This document shows positions 25,040-36,813 of a stretch of 64,000 nt of DNA, piece by piece. Origin of the DNA: Psammoneis japonica (lineage: Eukaryota); the NCBI GenBank assembly GCA_008632985.1, contig QPGO01000057.1:310001-374000 (forward strand), read 5' to 3'. A program made the position numbers and the translations under genes. Below the pieces are notes generated by a model. That model did not search any database and had not been told where the DNA came from. It worked only from the letters and a program-made list of their open reading frames with translations. Within the stretch, counting starts at the first letter, position 1, and every line of letters starts with the position of its first letter.

Positions 25040-26600
25040 TATCAGGGCCAAAAAGAACCTTCCATTGAACATTGTCAACCACAACAAAAAAGAGATCATG
25101 AGGCCCCAGCTTGCTTTTGGTGTCATCACAAGCTTTTTTGATGAGTCGACTCTGCTTGTTGTCTCCGAGCAGTGCTTCAAGACAATGCCACACAAAAAGG
25201 TGAGCATAGCATGTCACACACACCTGCCTTTGAATGACATTCCTGCAAAAATGTTGGCACTTGACCTGCTGCTCCTGCTTCCACTTGTGGGTTGTGAGTT
25301 CTTTGGATGAAATCGGGTGCCAAACATGGAGCCAAAAGGTGTGACTGCAAAGAAGCATCTCTTTCCAAGTTTGCAGTGCATTGCAGTCAAGGTTCCTGTT
25401 ACAAGGAAAAACTGGATTTGGTGGCTCTGGGCTCTCATTGTCTTCAACATTCTTGGTTGATGACGCTTTGACAACCACTTCATGAAAGGCCTGAAACAGC
25501 TTCTGAAACTCAAGACAAACTGACAAATCAATGTTGTCTTTGCCAATGGGAGTCTGCATCAAAGCAATCTCTTCATGTCTCACTCTCTTGTTGTCACAGT
25601 GCTTGCTTAAACTCAAAACCCCCAAAAATGTCAAGCGCAAAAACCACCATCCCCAGACAGTTTGCAAAAACGTGGCAGTGTCCTTTCTGAATCAAGATGT
25701 TGCTGTTGTTTCCATGCTGACAGATTAAAACTTGGACCTTTTGCTGGTTTGCATTGCACACTGGTGAAGCCAGCATCATGCTGCACAAACTCCATGCCTT
25801 CACAACAATAACAAAACAAACTGATCAGCAAATCTTGCGAAATGCATTCTTGGCCACCTTTTCGACAAGTCACCCGCAGTGGCACAAAACACACTGCCGA
25901 CCAGTTTTGTGGACCAACTTGCCTTTGGAGCAGTCAAATCTTCATGGAATGACAGTCAAAGTAATTCCCACAAACCACATGACAATGACAGCGAACATGG
26001 GGATTGCAGTGGTGTTGGTGGCTGCTCCAAGGATGACCAAGATGGGGGCACAGGACCAGGCCATTGGGTCAGTGCTGGGAAGGGAGCAACAACACTCAGG
26101 GTGACAAGCAGTGATCAAACGGCCAGCATGGATCTGCCAGCCACAATGCTGGCAGTTCCTATTAAGCAATGTCTTTAGCAGAGGTCTTGAGCCTCTTTGC
26201 ACTGCAAGTCAATCACGATGTTGCCAATGAGCTTGACTTGCTGGACGTTGTTGATGAAGAAGAGCAGCGTGCATTTGTGCGGTCCTTTGCTGCCAAACAC
26301 ATCATCCCTTGCAAAACAGGCTGTGAATGCGAGCATGACACCTGGCCACCTTCCACTGCAATTCATCAATGAAAATGGGCCACTCGCAGTCATTTGTTTT
26401 TTTGTGTTGCATGCACCATGGGGGCACGATGTGAAAAACACATTCGTCAAGCAAAGAAAGCAAAACAACGGATCCCCTTGACGAAGCGGCAGCAACAACA
26501 ATGAATCCCTCTCTGGTCGATGAAGCAATGTTTTTGTGGGTTGGCACACCGTCTTTGCCAGCATCCAACAATCCTTGTGGACACCCCTCTGCTCTCTATT
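25040..26600. mobile_element. Block D: degenerate TpA-depleted DNA (relic of a large ORF on the minus strand)
   Basis: No TA in 26178-26596. Minus-strand protein-like text (LGPHDLFFVVVDNVQWKVL) continues into less mutated DNA at 24604-25000. Confidence 0.65.
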
Positions 26601-26858
26601 CTATGGCATGTCTGAGGACCGAGCAGCGACAATGCCATGAAGCACTTCTGTCACATGAAAATGTATAATCCCATCGCTCAATAAAAAGTATGTTGAATTT
26701 TAAAAGTATCCAGAATTAGATACATTTATCATCGCTCACATTTTCAACGAAAAGCAAAAAACAGATGAGATGGCGATTCACACCAAGACATCATCGTCAG
26801 TGTGCCATCGTTCGCATGATCCACTCATCTGATCATATCTATCTAAATTCACAATATA

Positions 26859-27862
26859 ATGAAGCGACAAGCTTTGGGAAGTAGTGCACTATTTCTTCAG
26901 GAACAGCGGAACGACAAGAAACGCTTCTTCACCAATTTCACGACCACGAAAGGCTTACTTTATGGCTTTGTGATTGCATACGTCGTTGCAGTCTCCGTTG
27001 TCTTTCTAGTTGAAAAATTCTTACCGGACTCTATCTTGTGTGGAAACGTAACGTTTAGTGACGAAGAAATCGCTCGCAGTAAGCTGGAGTACGGCAATGT
27101 GAGCTATGAATATGATCCTTGTCGACATGTCCGCACCCCTTTTCTATTGTTCTTTACACGGAGCGAATGTGACTTTGGGCGTCGTTTAGTTTGTTCTGTG
27201 ATTCTTGGAGCTATCGTTGGTTGGGAGCGTAGGGAAGCCGACCGACCGGCTGGAATCAGGACCATGAGCTTGGTCAGTCTGGGTGCATGCCTATTTAGCA
27301 TTGACTCCGTTTTTGCATTTTTAGATGGGCCTATGACGTGGGATTCTTCTCGAGTTTCTGCTGCAATTCCATCAGGGGTTGGATTCATAGGTGCAGGATT
27401 AATCTTCAAGGAACAGATTGAGGATAAGGAATCGGGTAATTCAACGCATATGGTTCACGGTCTTCACACAGCCGCAACGGTGTGGTTGGTAAGCAATGCT
27501 ATACGTTTCCTGATTAATTATTGAGCTCTTTTTCTGGCCGTGTACTTTTACTAACTTTAATCTGTCTGTTTCAGTCCGCCGCCATTGGTGTGGCGTGTGC
27601 CGGTCGTTTGTATTTTCATGCTTCTTTTACCGTGGCGTTAGTTTTGTCGGTCTTACGCTTCGGCCCGCGTCAGGTACTTGGAGATGAAGATGACGATGAT
27701 GACGGCCAATTTCCTGGCTATTCCTCGATTGATTTATCGACCGGAGAGGGGGACGTTGAAGACCCAGAAAGGGAACCGTTAACTCCTCTCAAGAGGTCGA
27801 AGAAGAAATTATTGAGTCTTGGCACTGGGATGCGAAAGCGGCCATCGTTGGGTGCTTTCTAG
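26859..27862 (+). CDS. MgtC/SapB family membrane protein
   Basis: LGAIVGWERR, PAGIRT, SGVGFIGAG and GLHTAATVW|SAAIG; intron 27489-27574. Confidence 0.9.
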
Positions 27863-28107
27863 AGAGAGCACAGGGAGAGTTGGATTGTATGCGAAGCATC
27901 GGTGTTTCCAGATTGGCGATTCCTAGTTTGACAAAATAGAGACTATTTGCTAACGCGAAGTGCGGTTTCGACAAAGCTGTACTTTTCACGCCTACGATGT
28001 CGAAAAAGAAAGAAGAGCGTGCTATTCTTTGCTAGTAAGTATGCAAGTAGCTCGTAGCCAACTACTTTTCATATCATAGAAGACTCTAGAGGATGGAGGA
28101 AGATGCA

Positions 28108-29348
28108 TTAGCCTGGAGGCCACGTCATTTTCCTACCACCGAGGACATGCACGTGAAGATGAAAGACTTCCTGCCCACCATCGGGCCCGTCATTGATTAC
28201 AATCCGCGCACCATCTCCAAAGCCAAGACTTGTGTCATTGGCAATCTCCCCGGCAGCAACCATGAGGCGTCCTAGAATCTCGATATGCTCAGGAGACGCC
28301 TTACGAATGTTTGTCAACCCACTTCTCTGCTTCGGGATCACTAGAACATGAGCTGGAGCCGCTGGATTTATATCCTTGAAGGCAAGGATGACATCGTCTT
28401 GTTTGACAATGTCTGCGGGAATCTCTCCAGCAATAATCTTGTCGAAAATAGTGGCCGGTGCCTCATCACGAAGGCCCGCAAGCCAAATTGTGTCCCATCG
28501 TTGCCGACCTTCCCACGCGTCCAAACCTCCTTGAATCTAATAATAGAACAGAAAAAATCCTGTCAAGACCAGATCCTACTCTTGACAACGTAAATTAATA
28601 CAAAAAAAATAGAAACTGCAGAAGAAGCGTACCTCATCGTAAACCTTCCTGAACGCTGCATCCTTTCTTTGCACATTTTCAAACCAAGCATCAATCTTGT
28701 CAGGTAAAGGGTTTTCATAGCCAAACTTGGGAGCATGTGCTTGGCAAAAACCATGGTGGGAAACAGAGTAGCATCTGCCAACGAAACTTCCGCTCCACAT
28801 AAGTAGTCGCTCCCGCCAACCACCATGTCATTAATCACTCCCAACTGTCTGCAAAACTCCTCCAGTGCGTGTTTGCGAGTCCCGTACATTCCAAATGGCG
28901 GACTCGCCTTGTACATACATCCTTGAATGGTCGTCAAATACAAGTCATGAAAGCGACAGAGAATGTTCGACTGACAATTTTCTGGTTGAAACGATGGTCC
29001 CTTGTCTGCAAATATTGAGAGAAGGTAGCGACAAATCGTTTCGCTTTCGGGGATTGCCAAGCCGCTTTCAGAGCAAACGAGGGTTGGCATTTTGCCTTGT
29101 GGATTCAACGCAAGGTATTCATCCGAACGGAGTCCGCCAATAGCAGATGGAGGCTGAATTGAGACATCAGACTCACCCAAACCCTTTTTGTACAAAATGA
29201 TGCGACAACGAGCGCCATTGTTGGAGACGGGCATGTCGTAGAGAACATGTTTGGAGGAAGCTGCTGCTGGCATACTAAGAGACTCGCTAGGGATGCAAAG
29301 AGACCAAAACACAAAGAGAGCTGCTAATAGAGGGGTCTTTGCCGCCAT
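28108..29348 (-). CDS. Glutathione S-transferase - HIT (HINT/PKCI-type) fusion protein with signal peptide
   Basis: GST N-domain (LNPQGKMPTL, PESETICRYL), GST C-domain, intron 28632-28537, then TIFDKII...HLHVHVLGG...WPPG. One-base frameshift at ~28729. Confidence 0.85.
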
Positions 29349-29733
29349 GAGCCGACTTATTTCCAGACTGGCTTATTGATTGATGAGCGGAGAAGCGGAT
29401 TCAAGAATAACCTGTCAAATGGTGATGGGCATGATCGATGGGTGCGATGCGGTACATGGTGCGTGCGACAAAGATCGCAGATCTTGAACAGAGAACGAAA
29501 ATCTTTTGGAGCTAGGAGCTCGTAATAATGTAAATTTGGCCGACGTCATTAGGGTTCGCAAGTTTCACAAAAAATGTGATAGTGAAAGAAGCCGTTGGCT
29601 TCCCGCCACATTTTCAAAAAAATTGAAACGGCAAACCCGGGAAAAGCGAGTTCCGAATCACTTTTGCTCACTGTTCACGGAGCACACAAAATCGCTTCGC
29701 CACATTCAAAACACATCGTCTTCGTTGATTGCC

Positions 29734-30403
29734 ATGGTTGCTTTGTTCAGCGCAAAAAAGGTGAGTCGATCGTCTCGTTCTCGTTGCGAATTAGATCTGC
29801 TGGAGTTAAGTCATTGAATGTCGTCCGCACACGATTACCATGTAGACCTGAAGGCTTGGGTCCTTGACGGTTTTCCTCTGTGCGTTTGATTGCGTATATC
29901 TTTGGAAGTCGGTTCGAGGCGAAATGACGATTGCCTGTCAAAGTAGTCCGTGGTTCCGACGGAGATACACCACGATTGCCAGCAAACTCGCTTCTTGCGT
30001 GTGCGCTGAATGCTTGTAAACGTCCAATACGGCAGTAACCCGGTGCCAACCAACGCACTTTTTAGTGCAACGGTTGTTTAAGCAGGAACCATATGAGGGC
30101 CAGCCCCTGCTTTCTTTTTTGAATGCACGCTGAACGCCTGTAGACGTCGTGGACTAAGACGGTGTGCTAGATACCCCGAAGGGCAGCCTTTTTCGTGAAG
30201 GTTGTAAGGTGGTTCAGACCGCTTGAGTCGCTCATTGAGCATCTCATATCTGATCCCCCGTAGGTTTAATACTCCTATGGGTCGCCGGCCCGTTATATCA
30301 GCTATATTCTCCACGTCCCACAGCGTTTGAAGATCTGTTTTGTTGCGTTTGCGATTGTGACCGTCTCGCTGAGTTATACTTCATATCTCACACTTTTTTT
30401 CAG
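29734..30403 (+). ncRNA. Putative micro-ORF transcript carrying structured RNA
   Basis: ATG 29734, GTGAGT donor 29761 and TAG acceptor 29845 give MVALFSAKKT*. Downstream lie several hairpins, two related motifs (30001-30058, 30125-30167) and a polypyrimidine-CAG acceptor-like site at ~30403. Confidence 0.35.
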
Positions 30404-30537
30404 ATTTTGATTTCTATTTTTGACAGACGAATATGAATGAAGAAATGCAACAAGGGGGGTCTACATATTATTTACAAGGTTATCAATTGCTGGTGCATGT
30501 TGACGATGTTACGGCTACAGTATTGTCATGGCTCTCT

Positions 30538-31971
30538 CTAGAGTCCTACCCGTACGAAGAAAGCGTGATATCTCCGTCTCTCGAGCGATTCCTTTTCGTC
30601 AGAAGTTCTTTTTTCAAGATATATCAAGGCCCGAAAGCATGAGCAGAACTCAAAGCTGCCACACGTATCGAGAAAGGATATCCAAATATCCTCGTTGTAG
30701 CAGCATGCCGGCTGAAGTGCTCCGTCAAGCGCCATCCGAATATCAATTGTATCTACCTTCAAGCTCTATATCGAGTCCAACACGGCGAATCTCAAGATGT
30801 GTCAAGTCGAAAGAGTTGAAGAATGACGCTTGCTTTTCTTCGGAAGCACTTCGTCGAAGGTAGCATTAGTCATATACTCGATAAGGCCACGCTGCTGCTT
30901 CCAGCGAGTCTGTCGCAGGTTCATGCCGTGCTTCAAATAAGGATGCATCGTAAGATGAATAAGGAAAGAAAAGCGAATCGACGAAAGCTGCACTTCGATG
31001 GGATCTACCATTGCTAGGAGCCACTCGGACCGAACCTTTTCTTCCCTTGTCATGTTGCGACATCTGTTGTCGAAAGGCATTTTCAAACTGTGCTTTTCCC
31101 ACTCAATCCCCGTCATACTGTTACCCCCGATTTGACGGTACAGCACAGGCAGCTCGGGTGGCTGCAGCAAAGCCGGCACCTTTGCCAAGAGAACCACATC
31201 ATTTTTGCACGAGGACTCCAAGATTCCGTAGTCCACTTCGCTGAGAGAGTATGGATCAAGAGCCGAATCTGCATTCAAAAGTTATCAAGCCCGACAAGGT
31301 TTGTCATGCCTTTATTCCCTTTACGAGCAAGGCACGATGCTCCGTCTCATGGTTGTCGTTCAAGCTACCCGAGACTCCGTACTGCGTCCACCTTCACTCG
31401 GACGTGAGCCTGGCAACAAGCTATCTCATAAGACACCCAACCACAGTCAGAACGCAAGGCTTTGTCGTTTAGCGACGATCGATGCACAATCGTCCTCGTT
31501 GCGACCGCACGTCGGCGGAAGCCTCCGAAAACTTCTTGCGCTCTTCCCAAATCCTCGCCCAAGAACACAATCAGACTCTGCCAAGTGGTTCATCATGCAG
31601 TTGAAAGTATCCAGACCCGCGAGTATGTCAGTGTGTAAGAATTCTTGTGACTACTGAAGCTCTTTTGAGTCGAATGAGTTGGGGCCGAAAGGACGCAACG
31701 CTGTTAAATCTTCCTTGTTCCGTCGGAATGGTGTTTTCCGCTCGGAATGGTGCCCGTGACCTCCGACAGGTACCCATATCACAAGACATTATGCAGCCTC
31801 AAAGCTGTATCATTCAGCGAAAACGAAGCTGTGTCAAAAACAACGACGCGAAGCTTCAATCCTCTATTGTTGAACTGGAAGAGTACTCCAAGGTTCCGTA
31901 ATCCACTTTGCTGAGAGAGTATTGAGATAAAGAGCAGCATCTGTATTCAAGATTCATCAAGCCCGATATGG
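30538..31971 (-). pseudogene. Fragmented hypothetical ORF(s) with an internal ~90-bp diverged duplication
   Basis: ORF pieces 30802-31278 and 30538-30762; repeat 31211-31298 vs 31881-31971. Confidence 0.3.
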
Positions 31972-33340
31972 CCAACTATCTCCAGAAAGATGGCGCAGCT
32001 TTGATGAACTACTGCAATGCCGCCTAAGATTTGGCGGCAGCTGTGCATTCTAAGCTCTAGCCACATCGAATACCGCACCGCTCGCAAAGCGTTACAATCT
32101 GAAATGGGACCTACTCTCTCAAGGATCCGCTGCTCGGAGCGGTTGGTCGCTTCAACGACGGTATTCCAAGTTTAGAACCCCTATTGCTCGCAAAGCGTTG
32201 GTGCGTGGATAACCTGTACTCTGAAGGTTCCCTTTGCTAAAACGTCAGATCACCCATACTCCTGGGACATTCGTTGAGAGAATTTCATACAAAACTTGAT
32301 CGACGCATGCGATCGTTGGAAGCTTCAAACTCTCCAGACGCTCCGCCAAGCACCTTTTACTGAAATCATTTTAAGTTTCTCGAGAGCATGTATCTACATC
32401 ACAGCTTCATCGATTCGACAAGACGAACGGCAAGCGAAGAGGCCGTTTTGAAGGTTGGATAACGCGGTGCTCTTGAATTCACTTGTAGGTATCCTGCTTC
32501 GTGTGACCATGCGGGTTTTGCTCAGTCCGGAAACCGATAAAAAAGACAGCCAAGTATTTCTTGCAAAGTCATACTGCGACTCGCCCTCTGTGCGGAAGGA
32601 TGACTCTCTCGAGAGCCATTCACATGTGTGTAGCAACGAAAAGGGGCATTAGTGGAAAATTTCGTAATGATAACTATATCCATAATTGGCAAGTGACATG
32701 CGTACCTGAACGACCTCACTCGCTTCTTTTCGCCTTCATTGCGAACTCAATATGATTTCAGAACAGTGAGTGAGATTGAAAGTACATCGGTTTGAAAACG
32801 TCTTTGCGATTCGAGCGGCTTGGTATTGTTTTACCGCCAACATCGCCAGGCAAAGAAGCTACTCCATTCGTGGGTAGAGTTTGGGATTACCCACAAGGAG
32901 TCGTGGTCGAAACTAGGGGACCAAGGAGTGGTGGTCGTTCACAGCCTGAAGATAAGCTGCATTCCACGAAACCCATCCTTTTTGCTGTTGCGACAATCGA
33001 GTATAATTATGAAGCGGATGAGGAGGTACCTGAAACACACCAGAGAGTGATCGCCTCGTCCGCGATGCTGAGTCAAGCTACAGTTCGTCTCGCTGCAATT
33101 AGCCTGACGGTTCTCAAAGATCAGTTCACATGGCTCCTCCTCGCAGCATTGACGGTGCGCAGGGCAACACCCAACTTGGAGCAAGCAAACATAATCGTTC
33201 CCTGCATCTGATCTTTTTCTTCAGTAGCATGATAGCAATCTGCATGCTTTCAATTCGAATCGGCGTTATGATACACACTAGAGAGCATGTTTCCACCACC
33301 GTAGGCGGAGATACCATACTAGTAAATCTTTAGTTTCATC

Positions 33341-34811
33341 CTAATCCTCCGGTAGCAACTGGAAGCTCGGAGTAGACTTGGTAATCTCCAACTCTTCCTC
33401 GTTCATGTCTGCCGCAATGGATTCAAAGAGTGGCGTTGACAAGTACCGCTCGCCCGTGTCGGGAAGCATGGCAAGGATGACCGACCCTTCCGGCGCTTTT
33501 TTGGCGGTTTCAATGGCTGCCCACATGGTTCCGCCCCCTGAAATGCCCGTTAGAATTCCCTCGTTGCGAGCAAGCGCTTGGGATGTTGCAATGGCCTCTG
33601 GTGCGGGAATCTTAATGTACTCATCGTGTAGCTTGAGATCTAGGCCCTCTTCGAGCACCGATGGAATAAAGTCAGGGGTCCATCCTTGAATTGGATGCGG
33701 GTTGAAGGCGGGATGAGTTTCCTTTGGACTTTTGTCAGGGTTGCGTGTTTGCTCGATACCAGAGTCAATCAGAGCGGCTGCTTCAGGCTCGGCCAGAACA
33801 ATCTTTGTGTCTTTTCTGTTGGCCTTGATATACTTTCCAGCTCCGTGGTAAGTTCCACCAGTTCCATAACCAGTTACCCAGTAATCGAGCTGCTTTCCAT
33901 CAAAGTCGTTACAGATCTCTGGTCCCGTCGTAGCTTCATGAATCTTCCAGTTGGCGTCCGTCTCGAATTGATGACAGAGAAACCACCCATTCTTCTCGCA
34001 TAGCTCTTCAGCTTTGCGTACCATGCCGGTTCCTTTTCCAGCCTCTACAAAACACAACGTGAGCACACAAGAAATGCGATGAGTTGATCCGAAAATAGCT
34101 CAACTGCAATCTGACATGACATTGAGAGTACGTACTTGGAGTTACAATGACTTTTGCACCTAGCATACGCATCAGCTTGCGTCGTTCCACCGAGAATGGT
34201 TCAGCCATGGTGACTGTGACATACAAGAGAAGAAAAGGCGGTGTGAGACAAGCCACTCCAGATTCTTTCACCTCTGCACCATTACAGGCACAGCACAATA
34301 ACACTTACTGACACATTTGTATCCCCTCTGGGCACACATCATTGCCACCGCGATACCCGTGTTGCCCGAAGTCGCTTCTACCACCGTGTCACCAGGTTTC
34401 AGTGTGCCGTCTTTTTCAGCTGCTCGATAATCCCCAGGGCGAGGCGATCCTTTACAGATGCCAAGGGGTTGAAGAATTCACACTTGGCATAAATGGTACG
34501 TCCAGCCGGTGCAGTCTTATCGGAGATTTTCACCACGGGAGTGTTTCCCACCTTTATAAGAAATGGGCGAGCGAGGCAGGAAATGATGAGTGACGGTATT
34601 TACTGTCGTAAGCAAGACGCAACACTTTAGCGTGTTACGTGATAGTGGAACGACTACGTACCGTTTGGGTGATGTCATCAAGGAGGTGTCCATAGCCCTC
34701 TCCTCGCGCCTTTGCAAGTAGCGATAGTGCAGCCCGCTGCTTGAATAGCACTGGCTGAAAGCCCAATACGTGAGAGGTCACAAGAGAAACGGATGAAACG
34801 AAGCGAAACAT
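33341..34811 (-). CDS. cysK: Cysteine synthase (O-acetylserine thiol-lyase), multi-exon
   Basis: [40 protein letters not shown] and [11 protein letters not shown]. Exon 1 is 34811-34662. One-base frameshift at ~34424. Confidence 0.95.
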
Positions 34812-35133
34812 TGTTCAGAAGGACTTGCAGTTTCGTTTCAAGTCTGGCGCAGTGATATTTGGTGTGTGCGGTGTTGAGTGTTGATGTTGTTGACGGACAC
34901 CTTGAATCTTTTTTGGGTGGAATCCAAAATCTTTTTCCACGCTGAATTCTACGAAGCTTCTGGTACAAAATCTTTTCTTCGTACAGTCGGGCAGACGATA
35001 CGATCTACCTCATTTATCAAAAGCACACCAAGCTTTTCCGCATCGCGGAGTTCGAGTTCAGATGGCATGATGGCATCATTCATCATTCACCATGACGACA
35101 CATCACGCATCAGTGACAAAAAGTCGGAGCAGA

Positions 35134-36611
35134 ATGAAACCGTGGGTGTCTCTCTTCGTACTTATGGCATGCCAAGGGTACTCTCCAGTAGCAAGAACTA
35201 AGTACAGGCTCACGACTTTGTATGATGCCGTCGGAAACACGAACGGAGGAAGTGAAATGCCAAACGTTGATGATGTTGTTGTGGATCTCGCGTCGGTTGA
35301 TGCTCACGAACCATCCTTGAGACCCACAGAAACCACGGCACCCCATAAGCGCACTACTTCTTCATCCGCATCAATTCGGAGAAGACGAACTTCTGAGGAA
35401 GAATCTAGAAGGAGGTTTCTACGATCAGCTACTGTTGTGGTCGCAGGTTTAACAATAGGTGGATCAACAATTCATCATGCAATTGAACCGACCATTCAGA
35501 AATTTGGAGCAGTCAATCTAACAGAAGTTGCAAAGAGTACATCATTAAATGTGACAGTGGAAGGACCTTTGACAATGATTGCAATGGACGACACTAGTTT
35601 TCAAAAGACTCGGGTACTCAAACTACCTGGATGGGTCCCACCCGCGTTTGTACCAAAACCAAGAGTGATTCGAGACATTACCAACCAAGAGTTACTCACA
35701 GCTGCAATCATTGCTGGTTCGGCATTGGAGATAACAAGAACTTCAATCCTCTATCCTCTCTTGACACTCAAGACCCGTGTTCAAACAGACATTAAAAAGA
35801 GACGGCGACGGAGAAAACAAAAGCTAAAGCTCAAGCGGCGTTGGAAAATAGCACAGCTGAATGCTATTCGTCATTTGGAGGAGGGACAATTATATGCTGG
35901 TATTGTTCCAACGCTACTTGCTTCCGTGCCTGCAACTGGAGTGTATTATGGCGTTCGTGATATCGTTAAACGGGGACTTTCCAAGTTACCCATTGGCGAT
36001 ATTACGATATCTCTCGCTGCTGCCTTTTGTGCAGATGTCATTTCCATTCTCATCAAAACTCCGGCGGATGCATTAGCCGTGCGGTTGCAAAAAGTCTCGG
36101 GAGAGGAGAGCCATCGTACTGACAGCCAAGAAAAAATAGACAATGAGGAGAGGGATGCTATTGTGAAGGACAAGGTCGGCAATTGGTTTATCGAATCGAT
36201 TGAACGTCTTCCCGCAATCACACTTACTGATCTGCCATACCTTTTATCGAGAATTGCGATTAATCGATCCATTATTCAAGGCCACGTGGATATTGGTCGG
36301 TACGAGGTTGTCGTCATCACCTCGGCTGTTGTTTGTGGTATCTTGACAACACCCTTTGATGTGGCACGGACACGAATTCTTGTAGATTCGGACGACGACC
36401 CGAACAATGGGATTGATGGAGGATCAGGTGAAGGCCTCAGACGACTTTTAAAACCATTATTAATGAAGGAAATGACGGGTACAGCTATCTCTTTGCTGGC
36501 TGGTTGGAGAGAACAACATACTTGGCTATTGGTAGGGCATGGTTGGAGCCACTTCAAATCATTGGATACGTTGCGTTGCGTGATGCAATCTTACTAGAGT
36601 GGTTTGACTAG
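35134..36611 (+). CDS. Mitochondrial carrier family (SLC25) protein with signal-peptide-like N-terminus
   Basis: YPLLTLKTRVQ, TPADALAVRLQ and TPFDVARTRIL carrier motifs. A frameshift at ~36438 restores the C-terminus (LFAGWLER...LLEWFD*). Confidence 0.8.
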
Positions 36612-36813
36612 CATGCAGTGTAATTGTAATAGTAGGATGAGTAAGATGCAACGTTGAATTCTAATATTTGCACGGGTATGAGGATTGGTTTTTTGCCATA
36701 CAACAACACCTCATCAAACAAGGCACAAACGGTCGATATAGCTTACGACACAACCGAAAGGTACAGCAATAGTTGACACTGATTTTAAATTAGCTCAGAC
36801 TCTCTTCCTTTTA

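Noticed and set aside
29846..30020. Selenoprotein read-through of the TGA at 29849 with a SECIS-like ATGA-N12-AAA at ~29924
   Set aside because: Helix II pairs poorly, the element would lie inside the read-through ORF, and the peptide resembles no selenoprotein.
30001..30170. Hammerhead ribozyme, TPP riboswitch, SRP, MRP or snRNA identity for the structured RNA
   Set aside because: Required cores (CUGANGA+GAAA, CUGAGA, helix-8 motif, GAAAGUCCCC etc.) were not found.
32792..33211. 139-aa ORF as a gene
   Set aside because: Non-ATG start, no recognisable motif, no supporting splice structure.
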